A DNA stretch of 47,973 nucleotides from an uncultured Methanosarcinales archaeon (GTDB lineage Archaea; Nanobdellota; Nanobdellia; Woesearchaeales; CAZKBD01), in the NCBI GenBank assembly GCA_964550945.1, contig CAZKBD010000004.1:1-47973 (forward strand), read 5' to 3'. Positions 22,970-31,895 of the stretch are shown here, one piece after another. A model generated the notes under the pieces. The model was not told where the DNA came from. It saw only the letters and a list, made by a program, of their open reading frames with translations, and searched no databases. The translations under genes were made by a program, and so were the position numbers. Within the stretch, counting starts at the first letter, position 1. Every line of letters begins with the position of its first letter.

Positions 22970-24526
22970 ATGGAATCTAAAAAACAAGTAGTAGACTATT
23001 TTTTAAAAAAAGGAATACTTATTAGTTCAGATTTCTTAGATTCAGGGCAAGACCCCAGCCAAATTTTCCAAGAACTTTCGTCTAAAACAAACCAAAGCGA
23101 ATTTTTAGTGCTAACCAAAGAGATTCTGCCTCTGATAGGCAACACAAAAGACATCAACTGGGTTGAGCTGGAAAAATCAAAAGCCATGCAAGAAAAAGGC
23201 AAAGGCAGCGCAGCATACGATAAGATTCTTGCCTTATTAGCAGAAACCAAACCTCAAGAACAGCCATCTGAACTCAAGATATTATTCTCTTATCAGGATA
23301 AGTCAAAAAAACGTGATTTCCAGGATTTTGTAGGGTTGTTTAATGCCCGCTACAGATTGATAGAGCGGATATTAAGAAATCGGCAGGAATTAACAAATAC
23401 CTTATCCATCAACAGGATCCTGGCCAAAAAAGATAAAGAACATATTTCAATCATAGGCATAGTCAAAGACAAAACAATAACCAAAAACAAAAATATTATC
23501 CTGGCTTTGGAAGACCCCACAGGCACTATCAAAGTTTTGGTTAATAAGACTAAGCCAGAGCTATACGACCAAGCTAAAAACATAGTGCACGATGAAGTTA
23601 TCGCAGTTATTGGCGTGAACGGAGAAAACATAATATTTGCAAATAACATCCTATGGCCAGACGTCCCTTTGAACAGGGAGCTAAAAAAACATCCAGAGGA
23701 GATTTACGCGATTTTTTTATCGGATTTGCATGTTGGCTCAAACAAGTTTTTGCCAGAAGAGTTTAATAAGTTCATTAAATGGATTAATGGCGAGCTTGGA
23801 AATGAAGCCCAAAAGGAAATCGCAAAAAACACAAAATACCTCTTTATAGCCGGCGACCTTATTGACGGCTGCGGCATTTATCCTGAACAAGATAAAGAGC
23901 TGTTGATAAAAGACGTTTACAAGCAGTATGAAGAATGCGCAAACCTCCTTAAACAAATACCTCAGCGCATAAAGCTCATAATCTGCCCAGGAAACCACGA
24001 TGCAATGAGGATCTCTGAACCCCAGCCGCCCCTCTATAAGGATTTTGCAGCGCCATTATACGAGATTCCTAACGCGGTTTTTGTTTCAAACCCGGCAATA
24101 ATCAACATAGCAGCCCAAAACAATTTTCCTGGCTTTGATGTTTTGATTTACCACGGATACAGCTTTGACTATTTTGTTGCTAATGTTGATAGCATAAGGC
24201 AGCAAGGCGGCTATGACCGGGCAGACCTCATAATGCGTTTTTTATTGCAGAGGCGGCACCTTGCGCCAACACACACATCAACTTTGTACATGCCAGATTC
24301 AGATATGGACCACTTAGTAATAGAAAAGGTTCCTGATTTTTTCATTTCAGGCCACATCCACAAATCAATAGCAGCCAATTACAGGAATACCACTATGATA
24401 TGTGGCAGCTGTTGGCAATCAAAAACATTATTTCAGGAAAAAGTAGGCCACAACCCTGAGCCAGGCCGGGTCCCCATAGTAAATCTGAAGACAAGAGAGA
24501 TCAAGATCATGAAATTTACAAAATAA
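22970..24526 (+). CDS. dp1: DNA polymerase D (PolD/Pol II) small subunit DP1
   Basis: An OB region followed by calcineurin-like phosphoesterase motifs IFLSDLHVGS, FIAGDLIDG, ICPGNHD and SGHIH. Confidence 0.9.
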   Translation: MESKKQVVDYFLKKGILISSDFLDSGQDPSQIFQELSSKTNQSEFLVLTKEILPLIGNTKDINWVELEKSKAMQEKGKGSAAYDKILALLAETKPQEQPSELKILFSYQDKSKKRDFQDFVGLFNARYRLIERILRNRQELTNTLSINRILAKKDKEHISIIGIVKDKTITKNKNIILALEDPTGTIKVLVNKTKPELYDQAKNIVHDEVIAVIGVNGENIIFANNILWPDVPLNRELKKHPEEIYAIFLSDLHVGSNKFLPEEFNKFIKWINGELGNEAQKEIAKNTKYLFIAGDLIDGCGIYPEQDKELLIKDVYKQYEECANLLKQIPQRIKLIICPGNHDAMRISEPQPPLYKDFAAPLYEIPNAVFVSNPAIINIAAQNNFPGFDVLIYHGYSFDYFVANVDSIRQQGGYDRADLIMRFLLQRRHLAPTHTSTLYMPDSDMDHLVIEKVPDFFISGHIHKSIAANYRNTTMICGSCWQSKTLFQEKVGHNPEPGRVPIVNLKTREIKIMKFTK

Positions 24527-24527
24527 C

Positions 24528-27500
24528 ATGGAAGAAAAACAATTTAGCCAGGAAATTGAAAAATATTTTGCAGAAATAGACGAGAAAGTCAAACAAGGCT
24601 ATATTGTAGCCGCAAAAGCAAAAAAACAGGGCATAGACCCAAAAGAGACTGTTGAGATCCCTTTAGCCAGAAACATGGCAGACAGAGTAGAAGGATTGAT
24701 CAGCGCAGTAGCCCCCCAGATAATAAATTCTGGAGTCTCAAAACGGATACAAGAGTTAGAAAAAAAATATGGCGCATTAGACTGGAGGATCGCTTTGACA
24801 ATTGCTGAGGAAATCGCAAAAGAAAAATTCTGCAAATTCAATAACCAACTAGAAGCGATGCAGATAGGTATCCGGGTTGGATTTGCTTATATCACTCTTG
24901 GCACAGTCGCAAGCCCTCTTGAGGGGTTTGTTGATCTAAAAATAAAAAAACGGCGGGATGGTAAAGACTATTTGGCAATATTCTATTCTGGCCCAGTCAG
25001 GAGCGCAGGAGGCACAGGAGCATCTGTTTCTGTCATTATTGCAGACTATATCAGGAACAAATTTGGTTATGAAGCTTACGATCCCACAGAGCAAGAAATA
25101 AAAAGGATGTCCACAGAAGTCTACGATTATCATGAAAGGGTTACAAATCTTCAATATATCCCCAGCCGCGAGGAAATAGAGTTCTTGGTGAAGAATCTAG
25201 CATTGCAGATTGATGGCGACCCGTCTGAAGATATTGAGGCATCAAATTATAAGGATCTTCCAAGAATCGAAACAAACCGCATAAGGTCAGGAGCATGCCT
25301 TGTTATAGGGGAATGTTTAGCGCAAAAAGCGCCCAAGCTATGGGCTCAACTATCAAAATGGGGCAAGGATTTTGGGCTTGAAAATTGGAATTTCCTCGAA
25401 GAGTTCATCCAAATACAAAAAAAATACAAGTCCAAGGGCCAGAAAGAAAAAAAGCTGAGCCCAATTTATACCTATATTGAAGATCTAGTTGCTGGAAGGC
25501 CGGTTTTAACGCATCCATTAAGGGCAGGAGGCTTTAGATTAAGATACGGCCGAAGCAGGAATTCTGGGATGTCGTCTTGCTGCATACACCCTTCAACAAT
25601 GCACGCACTGGATAAATATATAGCCATAGGCACCCAATTAAAGATGGAAAGGCCAGGAAAAGCAACTGCATTATCAGTTTGTGATTCTATCGAAGGGCCA
25701 ATAGTAAAATTAAATGATGGCTCTGTACTAAGGTTAGAGGCAGAGAAACAAGCAAAAGAAGTTTCAACACAAATAAAAGAGATATTATTTCTTGGGGATA
25801 TCCTGATAAGCTATGGAGATTTCCACAACAGGGCGCATATGCTTGTTCCTCCAGGTTATTGTGAAGAGTGGTGGGTTCTAGAGTTAGAAAAGGCGACTGT
25901 AAACTTATTTGGCAGCCTAGATTTTGAGAAGCTTGCAGAGCTTGTTGAAATCCCTGTAGGAGCGCTGGAATCAGTTATGAAAGACCCATTTGCCCAGAAA
26001 TTGACAGCAAGCATAGCAATAAAACTCTCCAAAAAACTCTCTGTGCCGTTATACCCCAGATACAGCTATTATTGGAAGCTGATAACATTAGAAGACCTTA
26101 ATCATTTAGTCAACTGGATTGAAAAAGCAAAAATAGTAAAAGAAGACGACAGCATAATTAAGATAATCCTGCCATTAGAGGAAAAGCCTAAAAGAGCATT
26201 GGAATTGATTGGTGTGCCGCATATAGTGGCAAATAATGAGTATGTTATTATTGAAAAGGACGATGCTGTGGCGTTTGCAGCTTCTTTTGCTCTTGACCAG
26301 CCAGATATCAATACTCTTAGATGGATGCTAGAGGAGAACAAGGAAACTGACTGCCTAGAGATAATAAACAAAATATCTGGGATAAAAATCAGGGATAAAG
26401 CAGGCGTTTTTATCGGCGCAAGGATGGGCAGGCCAGAGAAAGCTAAGATGAGGAAGTTAACTGGGAGCCCGCACGTTCTTTTTCCTGTGGGTGAAGAAGG
26501 CGGAAAATTAAGGTCATTCCAAAGCGCTTTAGAAGCAGGAAAAATAACCTCCCATTTTCCAATCTACCATTGTGCAAAATGCGATAGGGAAACAATTTTT
26601 GCTGTTTGTGAAATTTGCGATAAAAAAACAAAACAAAGGTTTTATTGCAATATCTGCGGCACGGTAGATGAAAAAAAATGCAAGCACGGAGACACAACCA
26701 CATTCAAAAAAACAAGCATAGACATAAAGCATTATTTTGATTGCGTGCTAAAAAAGCTGGATACAAAAACATTCCCTGACCTAATAAAGGGAGTTAGGGG
26801 AACATCAAACAAAAACCACATCCCTGAGCATTTGGTCAAAGGGATTCTAAGGGCAAAGCATAACATCAATGTGAATAAAGAGGGAACAACAAGATATGAT
26901 ATGACTCAGCTGGCGTTGACCCATTTTAAGCCTAATGAAATCAATGTGCCAATAGAAAAATTAAAAGAATTAGGCTACAAAAAAGATATTGAAGGCAAAG
27001 AATTAATTGATGTTAATCAAGTTTTAGAGCTAAAGCCCCAGGACGTAATTTTGCCTAGTTGCGATCAATCGATGGAAGAGGGAGCTGACAAGATTCTTTT
27101 TAGGGAAACAAAATTTATTGACGATTTATTATCCCTAGTGTATGATTTAGGGCCGTTCTACGCTCTTAAGTCAGAGGAAGATCTGCTTGGCCATTTGATT
27201 GTCGCGTTGGCTCCCCACACCTCAGCAGGGATTGTTGGGAGGATAATTGGGTTTTCCAAGACGCAGGGATTTTACGCGCACCCATTATTTCATGCCGCTA
27301 CTAGGAGAGATTGTGATGGTGATGAGGCGAGCGCTATGATGCTGATGGACGCCTTATTAAACTTCTCTCGTGACTTTCTGCCAGACTCAAGAGGAGCCAG
27401 CCAGGACGCGCCATTAGTTTTGACCTCAAGGCTCATCCCTTCTGAGGTTGATGATATGGTATTTGACCTGGATGTCAGCTGGAGATACCCTTTAGAATTT

Positions 27501-28058
27501 TATGAAGCGTGTTTAGAGTACAAGCAGCCAACGCTTGAATGTGTAGCCCAACTAGGCGACAGGCTAAACACAGAGCAGCAATACGAAAAAATCGGATTCA
27601 CCCACCCCACAAGCAACATAAACAAGGGGGTTAAATGCTCTGCATACAAGACATTGCCAAGCATGGAAGAGAAATTAAAGGGGCAGATGGACCTTGCAAA
27701 TAAAATTAGGGCAGTAGATGAGGTTGATGTTGCCAGATTAGTGATTGAGAAACACTTCTTAAGAGACATAAAAGGAAACCTGAGAAAGTTCTCAACGCAG
27801 GAATTTAGGTGCGTAAAGTGCAATGAAAAATTCAGGAGGCCGCCTTTAATAGGCAAATGCACAAATTGCGGTGGCAGAATAATATTTACTGTTTCAGAGG
27901 GCTCTATTATAAAATATCTTGACCCCGCAATAAGCTTAGCAGAGCACTATCACCTGCCATCTTATTTGATGCAGACGTTGGAATTGACAAAACGAATGGT
28001 TGAAAGCATTTTTGGTAAAGAGAAAGAAAGGCAATCCGGGCTCGGTAAATGGTTTTAG
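24528..28058 (+). CDS. dp2: DNA polymerase D large subunit DP2 (intein-free)
   Basis: N-terminus YFAEIDEKVKQGYIVAAKAKKQGIDPKETVEIPLARNMADRVEGLI, internal Cys clusters CAKCDRETIFAVCEICDKK, C-terminal zinc finger CVKCNEKFRRPPLIGKCTNCGG. It starts 2 nt after the DP1 stop. Confidence 0.92.
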   Translation: MEEKQFSQEIEKYFAEIDEKVKQGYIVAAKAKKQGIDPKETVEIPLARNMADRVEGLISAVAPQIINSGVSKRIQELEKKYGALDWRIALTIAEEIAKEKFCKFNNQLEAMQIGIRVGFAYITLGTVASPLEGFVDLKIKKRRDGKDYLAIFYSGPVRSAGGTGASVSVIIADYIRNKFGYEAYDPTEQEIKRMSTEVYDYHERVTNLQYIPSREEIEFLVKNLALQIDGDPSEDIEASNYKDLPRIETNRIRSGACLVIGECLAQKAPKLWAQLSKWGKDFGLENWNFLEEFIQIQKKYKSKGQKEKKLSPIYTYIEDLVAGRPVLTHPLRAGGFRLRYGRSRNSGMSSCCIHPSTMHALDKYIAIGTQLKMERPGKATALSVCDSIEGPIVKLNDGSVLRLEAEKQAKEVSTQIKEILFLGDILISYGDFHNRAHMLVPPGYCEEWWVLELEKATVNLFGSLDFEKLAELVEIPVGALESVMKDPFAQKLTASIAIKLSKKLSVPLYPRYSYYWKLITLEDLNHLVNWIEKAKIVKEDDSIIKIILPLEEKPKRALELIGVPHIVANNEYVIIEKDDAVAFAASFALDQPDINTLRWMLEENKETDCLEIINKISGIKIRDKAGVFIGARMGRPEKAKMRKLTGSPHVLFPVGEEGGKLRSFQSALEAGKITSHFPIYHCAKCDRETIFAVCEICDKKTKQRFYCNICGTVDEKKCKHGDTTTFKKTSIDIKHYFDCVLKKLDTKTFPDLIKGVRGTSNKNHIPEHLVKGILRAKHNINVNKEGTTRYDMTQLALTHFKPNEINVPIEKLKELGYKKDIEGKELIDVNQVLELKPQDVILPSCDQSMEEGADKILFRETKFIDDLLSLVYDLGPFYALKSEEDLLGHLIVALAPHTSAGIVGRIIGFSKTQGFYAHPLFHAATRRDCDGDEASAMMLMDALLNFSRDFLPDSRGASQDAPLVLTSRLIPSEVDDMVFDLDVSWRYPLEFYEACLEYKQPTLECVAQLGDRLNTEQQYEKIGFTHPTSNINKGVKCSAYKTLPSMEEKLKGQMDLANKIRAVDEVDVARLVIEKHFLRDIKGNLRKFSTQEFRCVKCNEKFRRPPLIGKCTNCGGRIIFTVSEGSIIKYLDPAISLAEHYHLPSYLMQTLELTKRMVESIFGKEKERQSGLGKWF

Positions 28059-28342
28059 CATACAATCTGGGCATGCGGGATATTCTTGATTTTGATTATG
28101 TTCTTTTCATCAAGGATTTTTTCTTTTATAGCCAAACTTACGCTATTTTTTCCGACTAAATTTAGAATATAAGCGCTTTTTATTAATCTCGCTATATCGC
28201 TTTCAGGTTTTTCATCCCCCTTGTAGAAATCAGAAGTCAGATCAAGCTGTAATTTCCCCTGCTCAAATTTTTTTCCAATAAGATCAGAATCACAAATCGC
28301 AATTATCTTTTTATCTCCATTTTTATGAATCTTAACAATCAT
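28055..28342 (-). CDS. DUF424-family small protein
   Basis: MIVKIHKNGDKKIIAICDSDLIGKKFEQGKLQLDL... matches the DUF424 pattern as I remember it (vkvh...AicD.eLlGk.f.eg). Co-directional with aIF2-beta. Confidence 0.55.
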   Translation of the reverse strand: MIVKIHKNGDKKIIAICDSDLIGKKFEQGKLQLDLTSDFYKGDEKPESDIARLIKSAYILNLVGKNSVSLAIKEKILDEKNIIKIKNIPHAQIVC

Positions 28343-28343
28343 T

Positions 28344-28754
28344 TTAGATTTTCGATTTGATGAACCGCTTGGAGCCGCAGGCAGTGCACTTTAGATAAGC
28401 TAGCCCCCCATCTCGCTCAACTTTGGTGTCTGGTTTGCCGCACTCAGCGCAAAAAACAAATTCATTGGCATACTGCTTTATCTTTTCATTTATCCTGCCA
28501 GCAGCAACCTTTGTTCCAATAATCACTGCGCCGCTTTTTTTAATCTCTCCAGGAGTTGCCAGCTCTTTAAGAATAAACTTTAACAGGTGTTCTGGCTCTC
28601 TTCTTAGCTCAGAAGCAATCTGAAGAAAATTTGAGATTATGGTTCGGTTCCCCTGGATATGGCCCATAACCTTGGGCATTCCAAACCTTTCTTTTATGAA
28701 TACAGACTCAGGCAGTTTCTTTATTGCCTGCTCTAGCATTTTTTTATATTCCAT
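28344..28754 (-). CDS. eif2b: Translation initiation factor aIF2 beta subunit
   Basis: YKKMLEQAIKKLPE N-terminus, ...HLLKFILKELATPG..., and zinc ribbon FCAECGKPDTKVERDGGLAYLKCTACGS. Confidence 0.85.
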   Translation of the reverse strand: MEYKKMLEQAIKKLPESVFIKERFGMPKVMGHIQGNRTIISNFLQIASELRREPEHLLKFILKELATPGEIKKSGAVIIGTKVAAGRINEKIKQYANEFVFCAECGKPDTKVERDGGLAYLKCTACGSKRFIKSKI

Positions 28755-28840
28755 ATCAAAAAGGATTTTTGGATGATATATAAATTTATTGAAAATTTGG
28801 CATAATCAGCGCATTTTTCAATAATAATCCCCACCAAAAG

Positions 28841-28849
28841 TTATTTAAA
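28841..28849 (+). promoter_or_regulatory. TATA box (TTATTTAAA) for the 28872 gene
   Basis: It ends 23 nt before the ATG at 28872. Confidence 0.45.
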
Positions 28850-28871
28850 CCCCCAAACAATAAAACTAAGT

Positions 28872-29723
28872 ATGGTACTGGAGTCTATACTCAACCCGTT
28901 AAAAGCAGAAAAAAAGCCATGGGAAATGTTCTTTGTAGGATTATTGTACTCGTCAGTTGCGGTGTTATTGTCATTATGGGTTTTTCAGGATCAAGCTAGC
29001 TTGGTCATGGTCTTTCTCACTGTTATGGCTTGCATACCCATCATTTATGGCACCATGAAATTAGAGGAAAGCAAAGATATGGAGATCGTTAAAGAAAGCG
29101 ACTTATTGAAAGAGCATAACAAGGCATTAATCTTTTTGATGCTGTTATTTTTGGGCATTATGATCTCCTCAGTTTTTTGGTATGTGGCTCTGCCTGCAAA
29201 AACATCAAGTGTTTTATTTGAGCGCCAGACTCAGACAATCTCGGACATCAATACCCAAATATCCGGAGACGTTATCCAGCAGCTAAACACTTTTACAAAA
29301 ATTTTGTTTAACAACACAAGGGTTTTGGCATTTTCAATATTATTTGCCTTTATTTATTGCGTTGGCGCAATTTTTATTCTAACATGGAACGCCACAGTTA
29401 TAGGGACAGCAATCGGCAACTTTATCCGGTCTAGCCTAAGCGATTATTCCCATTTAGTGGGCTTTGACAAGCTCGGAATGTATTTCCAGATCGTCTCAAT
29501 AGGCTTGCTTAGATACGCCTTGCATGGCATCCCAGAAATCCTAGCTTATTTTTATGGCGGCCTTGCTGGAGGCATAGTGTCTGTAGCAATAATAAACCAC
29601 CATTATTCCAGCGCAAAATTCTCCCATATACTGCATGATGCCGCAGACTTATTATTGATATCCGTTGCTTTCCTAGTCTTGGCGGCATTCCTTGAAGTGT
29701 TTATAACGCCCCTTTTATTCTAA
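28872..29723 (+). CDS. SpoIIM/DUF95-family integral membrane protein
   Basis: Multi-TM protein with the family signature LRYALHGIPEILAYFYGGLAGG. Confidence 0.6.
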   Translation: MVLESILNPLKAEKKPWEMFFVGLLYSSVAVLLSLWVFQDQASLVMVFLTVMACIPIIYGTMKLEESKDMEIVKESDLLKEHNKALIFLMLLFLGIMISSVFWYVALPAKTSSVLFERQTQTISDINTQISGDVIQQLNTFTKILFNNTRVLAFSILFAFIYCVGAIFILTWNATVIGTAIGNFIRSSLSDYSHLVGFDKLGMYFQIVSIGLLRYALHGIPEILAYFYGGLAGGIVSVAIINHHYSSAKFSHILHDAADLLLISVAFLVLAAFLEVFITPLLF

Positions 29724-29726
29724 AGT

Positions 29727-30344
29727 TTATTCTAAAACTTTCAATCTCCCTGGCCTGATCTCAAATATCTCCCCTTCTTTGAGCAGATTTTTTATCAACG
29801 CTTCAGAATCAGCAACGCCAGATGCAGAAATAACCTCTGAAATATCAGCGCCATCCCCATTATCCCTCTCTTTTATCAATTTAAAAATCTTATCAGCATT
29901 ATTAATGGTATTATTAACGCCAATTGCCTTTTCAACAACCTCTTCTGTCTTGATCGCTTCCTTATTATTTAAATCCATTAATCTTAATTCACTTTTCCTT
30001 AGCTCAACCCATTTGTTGTTTTCAATCTTTTTGACAATCTCAGGCAGGATATACCTTTCATTATTAAACTCGCGAGGCCTCCCAATAACTAATACGATAT
30101 CTCCTACATTAACCTCGTATTTTTTTTCTTCAAAACTTCTTAAAGCAATGCTGCCAGAGCCATCATTTATGACAATGTCGTTATCCAAAGCTATAACAAC
30201 CCCCATCACATTTGCTCTCGAAACTTGCTTGTTTTTAACTAAAATATAATTCGGAGCCAGCTCCCCTTCTTCCTTAACAAATCTGCCTTCTAGAATATCC
30301 TTTATTCTCACTATATATGCAACATACCTTTTAGTTTTTTCCAC
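29727..30344 (-). CDS. OB-fold plus C-terminal winged-helix protein (RPA2/Stn1-like, RPA-associated type)
   Basis: OB-like core ...VSRANVMGVVIALDNDIVINDGSGSIALRSFE...GDIVLVIGRPREFNNERYI. The C-terminal ...LIKNLLKEGEIFEIRPGRLKVLE is wH-like. This is an architecture match only. Confidence 0.45.
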   Translation of the reverse strand: MEKTKRYVAYIVRIKDILEGRFVKEEGELAPNYILVKNKQVSRANVMGVVIALDNDIVINDGSGSIALRSFEEKKYEVNVGDIVLVIGRPREFNNERYILPEIVKKIENNKWVELRKSELRLMDLNNKEAIKTEEVVEKAIGVNNTINNADKIFKLIKERDNGDGADISEVISASGVADSEALIKNLLKEGEIFEIRPGRLKVLE

Positions 30345-30379
30345 AGACCAACCCCCGTATATTGGTTAATCATGATGGT

Positions 30380-31705
30380 TTATATGTTTTTTGGACTTTT
30401 TAGGGAAGTTTGTTCTTCCGAATAAACATTTTTAATGAACTGGTGGCATTTAACCGCTAAATCATCTTTTCCTAGCTTAACCATCTTTTTAGCAAGCTCT
30501 TCAGCGTAAACATACTCTACTTTTTTACGTTTAGTTTCAATGCCTTTAAAGATTAGCCAGAATTCCAGTCGGTTATTGTTTTTACAATATCTGTTTATTT
30601 GTTCTTTAAAATCTCTGTACCCGCACGTTTTTGCGTCAATAAACAAGTTTTTATCAGGAACGTAAATATCTGGGACGCCATCTACAATCCCTTCTCTCTG
30701 GCTTTCAATATTGCCATAGATCACATTTGCCATATCTTCACAATGGTTTTGCCAGCTTTTCCATATATTATTGTTTCTGCCATCATTTGGCGTTAAACCC
30801 GCCCTTAAACAAGCGGCAGTATAGCTGCCAAATTTTTCTACAAAGGGAGTTAAAGAGGGGCAATCTTTTTGCAGCTTTAATTCTTCTCTTGTGGGGGTTC
30901 TATTAAGCTTGGAGTACAATCTTCTTAGAATGCTTATCAACTCCTCTTTACTGATATTATAATTTACAGATAATCCTGCTTTTCTTACAGCTTTATTGAA
31001 AGTGCCAAAATATTTCCTGTAATTGCCTTTTGCTGGCATTGAAATGTCTTTATCTATGTCCCTTTGAGTGGGGCATTTCCCCATTTCTTCTGATTTTTCC
31101 CTTAATCTCTCTAATAATTCTTTTTTAGTCCATTTTCTGAATACATATCTAACTTCAAGACCAGCAGCTTTGAGGGCTTTATTGAAAGAACCAAAATGCC
31201 TTTCATAAGTATCCCTATCAGGCATATTTTTGTCAGAATTTATTTCATCTATTTTTGGGCTTCTGCCCAATTCCTTTGCTTTGTTTCTTAATAAGCCGGT
31301 AAGTTCTTCTTTGTTATAATCTTTTCTTATGTTAACATTCAATCCTGCTTTTCTAAGGGCGTCGTTCCAAGAGCCGAATCTTCTAAAATATACACTAGGA
31401 GAAGGGAAACAGTTTTTTTCAATGAAGTCTTCAGTTCTAGGGGTTCTTGAGTTTGTTTCATTAAATTTAATGAGATAATCAATCAATTCTTTGTCGGAAT
31501 ATGTGTTGTTTTCAGAATTTATTGACAACCCAGCGCTTCTTAGAGCATTATTCCAGCTACCAAACTTAGTGTAGTACACTATATAACTTGGGGAATTTTT
31601 TGTCGCAATTAGATCGACAATGGTTGGCGTTTTTCCTATCTCTTTTGATAAATCCTTTAAAAATTCAATTAACTCTTCTTTTGAATATCTTTTCATATTT
31701 ATCAC
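30380..31705 (-). CDS. Five homing-endonuclease-associated (HEAR-like) repeats fused to a PD-(D/E)xK nuclease-like C-terminus
   Basis: Five ~55-aa repeats end in FGSWNNALRSAGL, FGSWNDALRKAGL, FGSFNKALKAAGL, FGTFNKAVRKAGL and FGSYTAACLRAGL. The C-terminus carries HCEDMA...VPDIYVPDKNLFIDAKT, an E...PD...DxK pattern. Confidence 0.6.
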   Translation of the reverse strand: MINMKRYSKEELIEFLKDLSKEIGKTPTIVDLIATKNSPSYIVYYTKFGSWNNALRSAGLSINSENNTYSDKELIDYLIKFNETNSRTPRTEDFIEKNCFPSPSVYFRRFGSWNDALRKAGLNVNIRKDYNKEELTGLLRNKAKELGRSPKIDEINSDKNMPDRDTYERHFGSFNKALKAAGLEVRYVFRKWTKKELLERLREKSEEMGKCPTQRDIDKDISMPAKGNYRKYFGTFNKAVRKAGLSVNYNISKEELISILRRLYSKLNRTPTREELKLQKDCPSLTPFVEKFGSYTAACLRAGLTPNDGRNNNIWKSWQNHCEDMANVIYGNIESQREGIVDGVPDIYVPDKNLFIDAKTCGYRDFKEQINRYCKNNNRLEFWLIFKGIETKRKKVEYVYAEELAKKMVKLGKDDLAVKCHQFIKNVYSEEQTSLKSPKNI

Positions 31706-31747
31706 CTCTTAAGATTTGTTTTCATCCAATAACACGAATCTTCGAGG

Positions 31748-31841
31748 AAAAAAGAGGACAAAGAGCGAACCTGCGTAAGTGATTTTTGTTTAGTTTTAGA
31801 ACAGAAATCACAATTTGGCAGGTAAGCGTGTCCTCTTTTTT
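31748..31841. other. 94-nt imperfect long hairpin between mcm and the HEAR gene
   Basis: Outer stem AAAAAAGAGGAC / GTCCTCTTTTTT (12 bp), middle ACCTGC/GCAGGT, inner GTGATTT/AAATCAC. It ends in a T6 run on either strand. Confidence 0.35.
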
Positions 31842-31895
31842 AGTAGAAATTATTTAGCCTATAAAAACTTTTTGGTGTTGAACCAAGAAGGGGAA

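Noticed and set aside
24528-28058. A possible intein in the PolD large subunit, which is a frequent intein host.
   Set aside because: The length (1176 aa) is normal for an intein-free DP2, and no Cys/Ser...HN-Cys/Ser/Thr block pair or LAGLIDADG motif was seen.
31588-31782. 64-aa plus-strand ORF running across the HEAR-gene start and into the long hairpin.
   Set aside because: It overlaps the 5' end of a well-supported minus-strand gene, has no RBS or TATA, and its sequence has no features.
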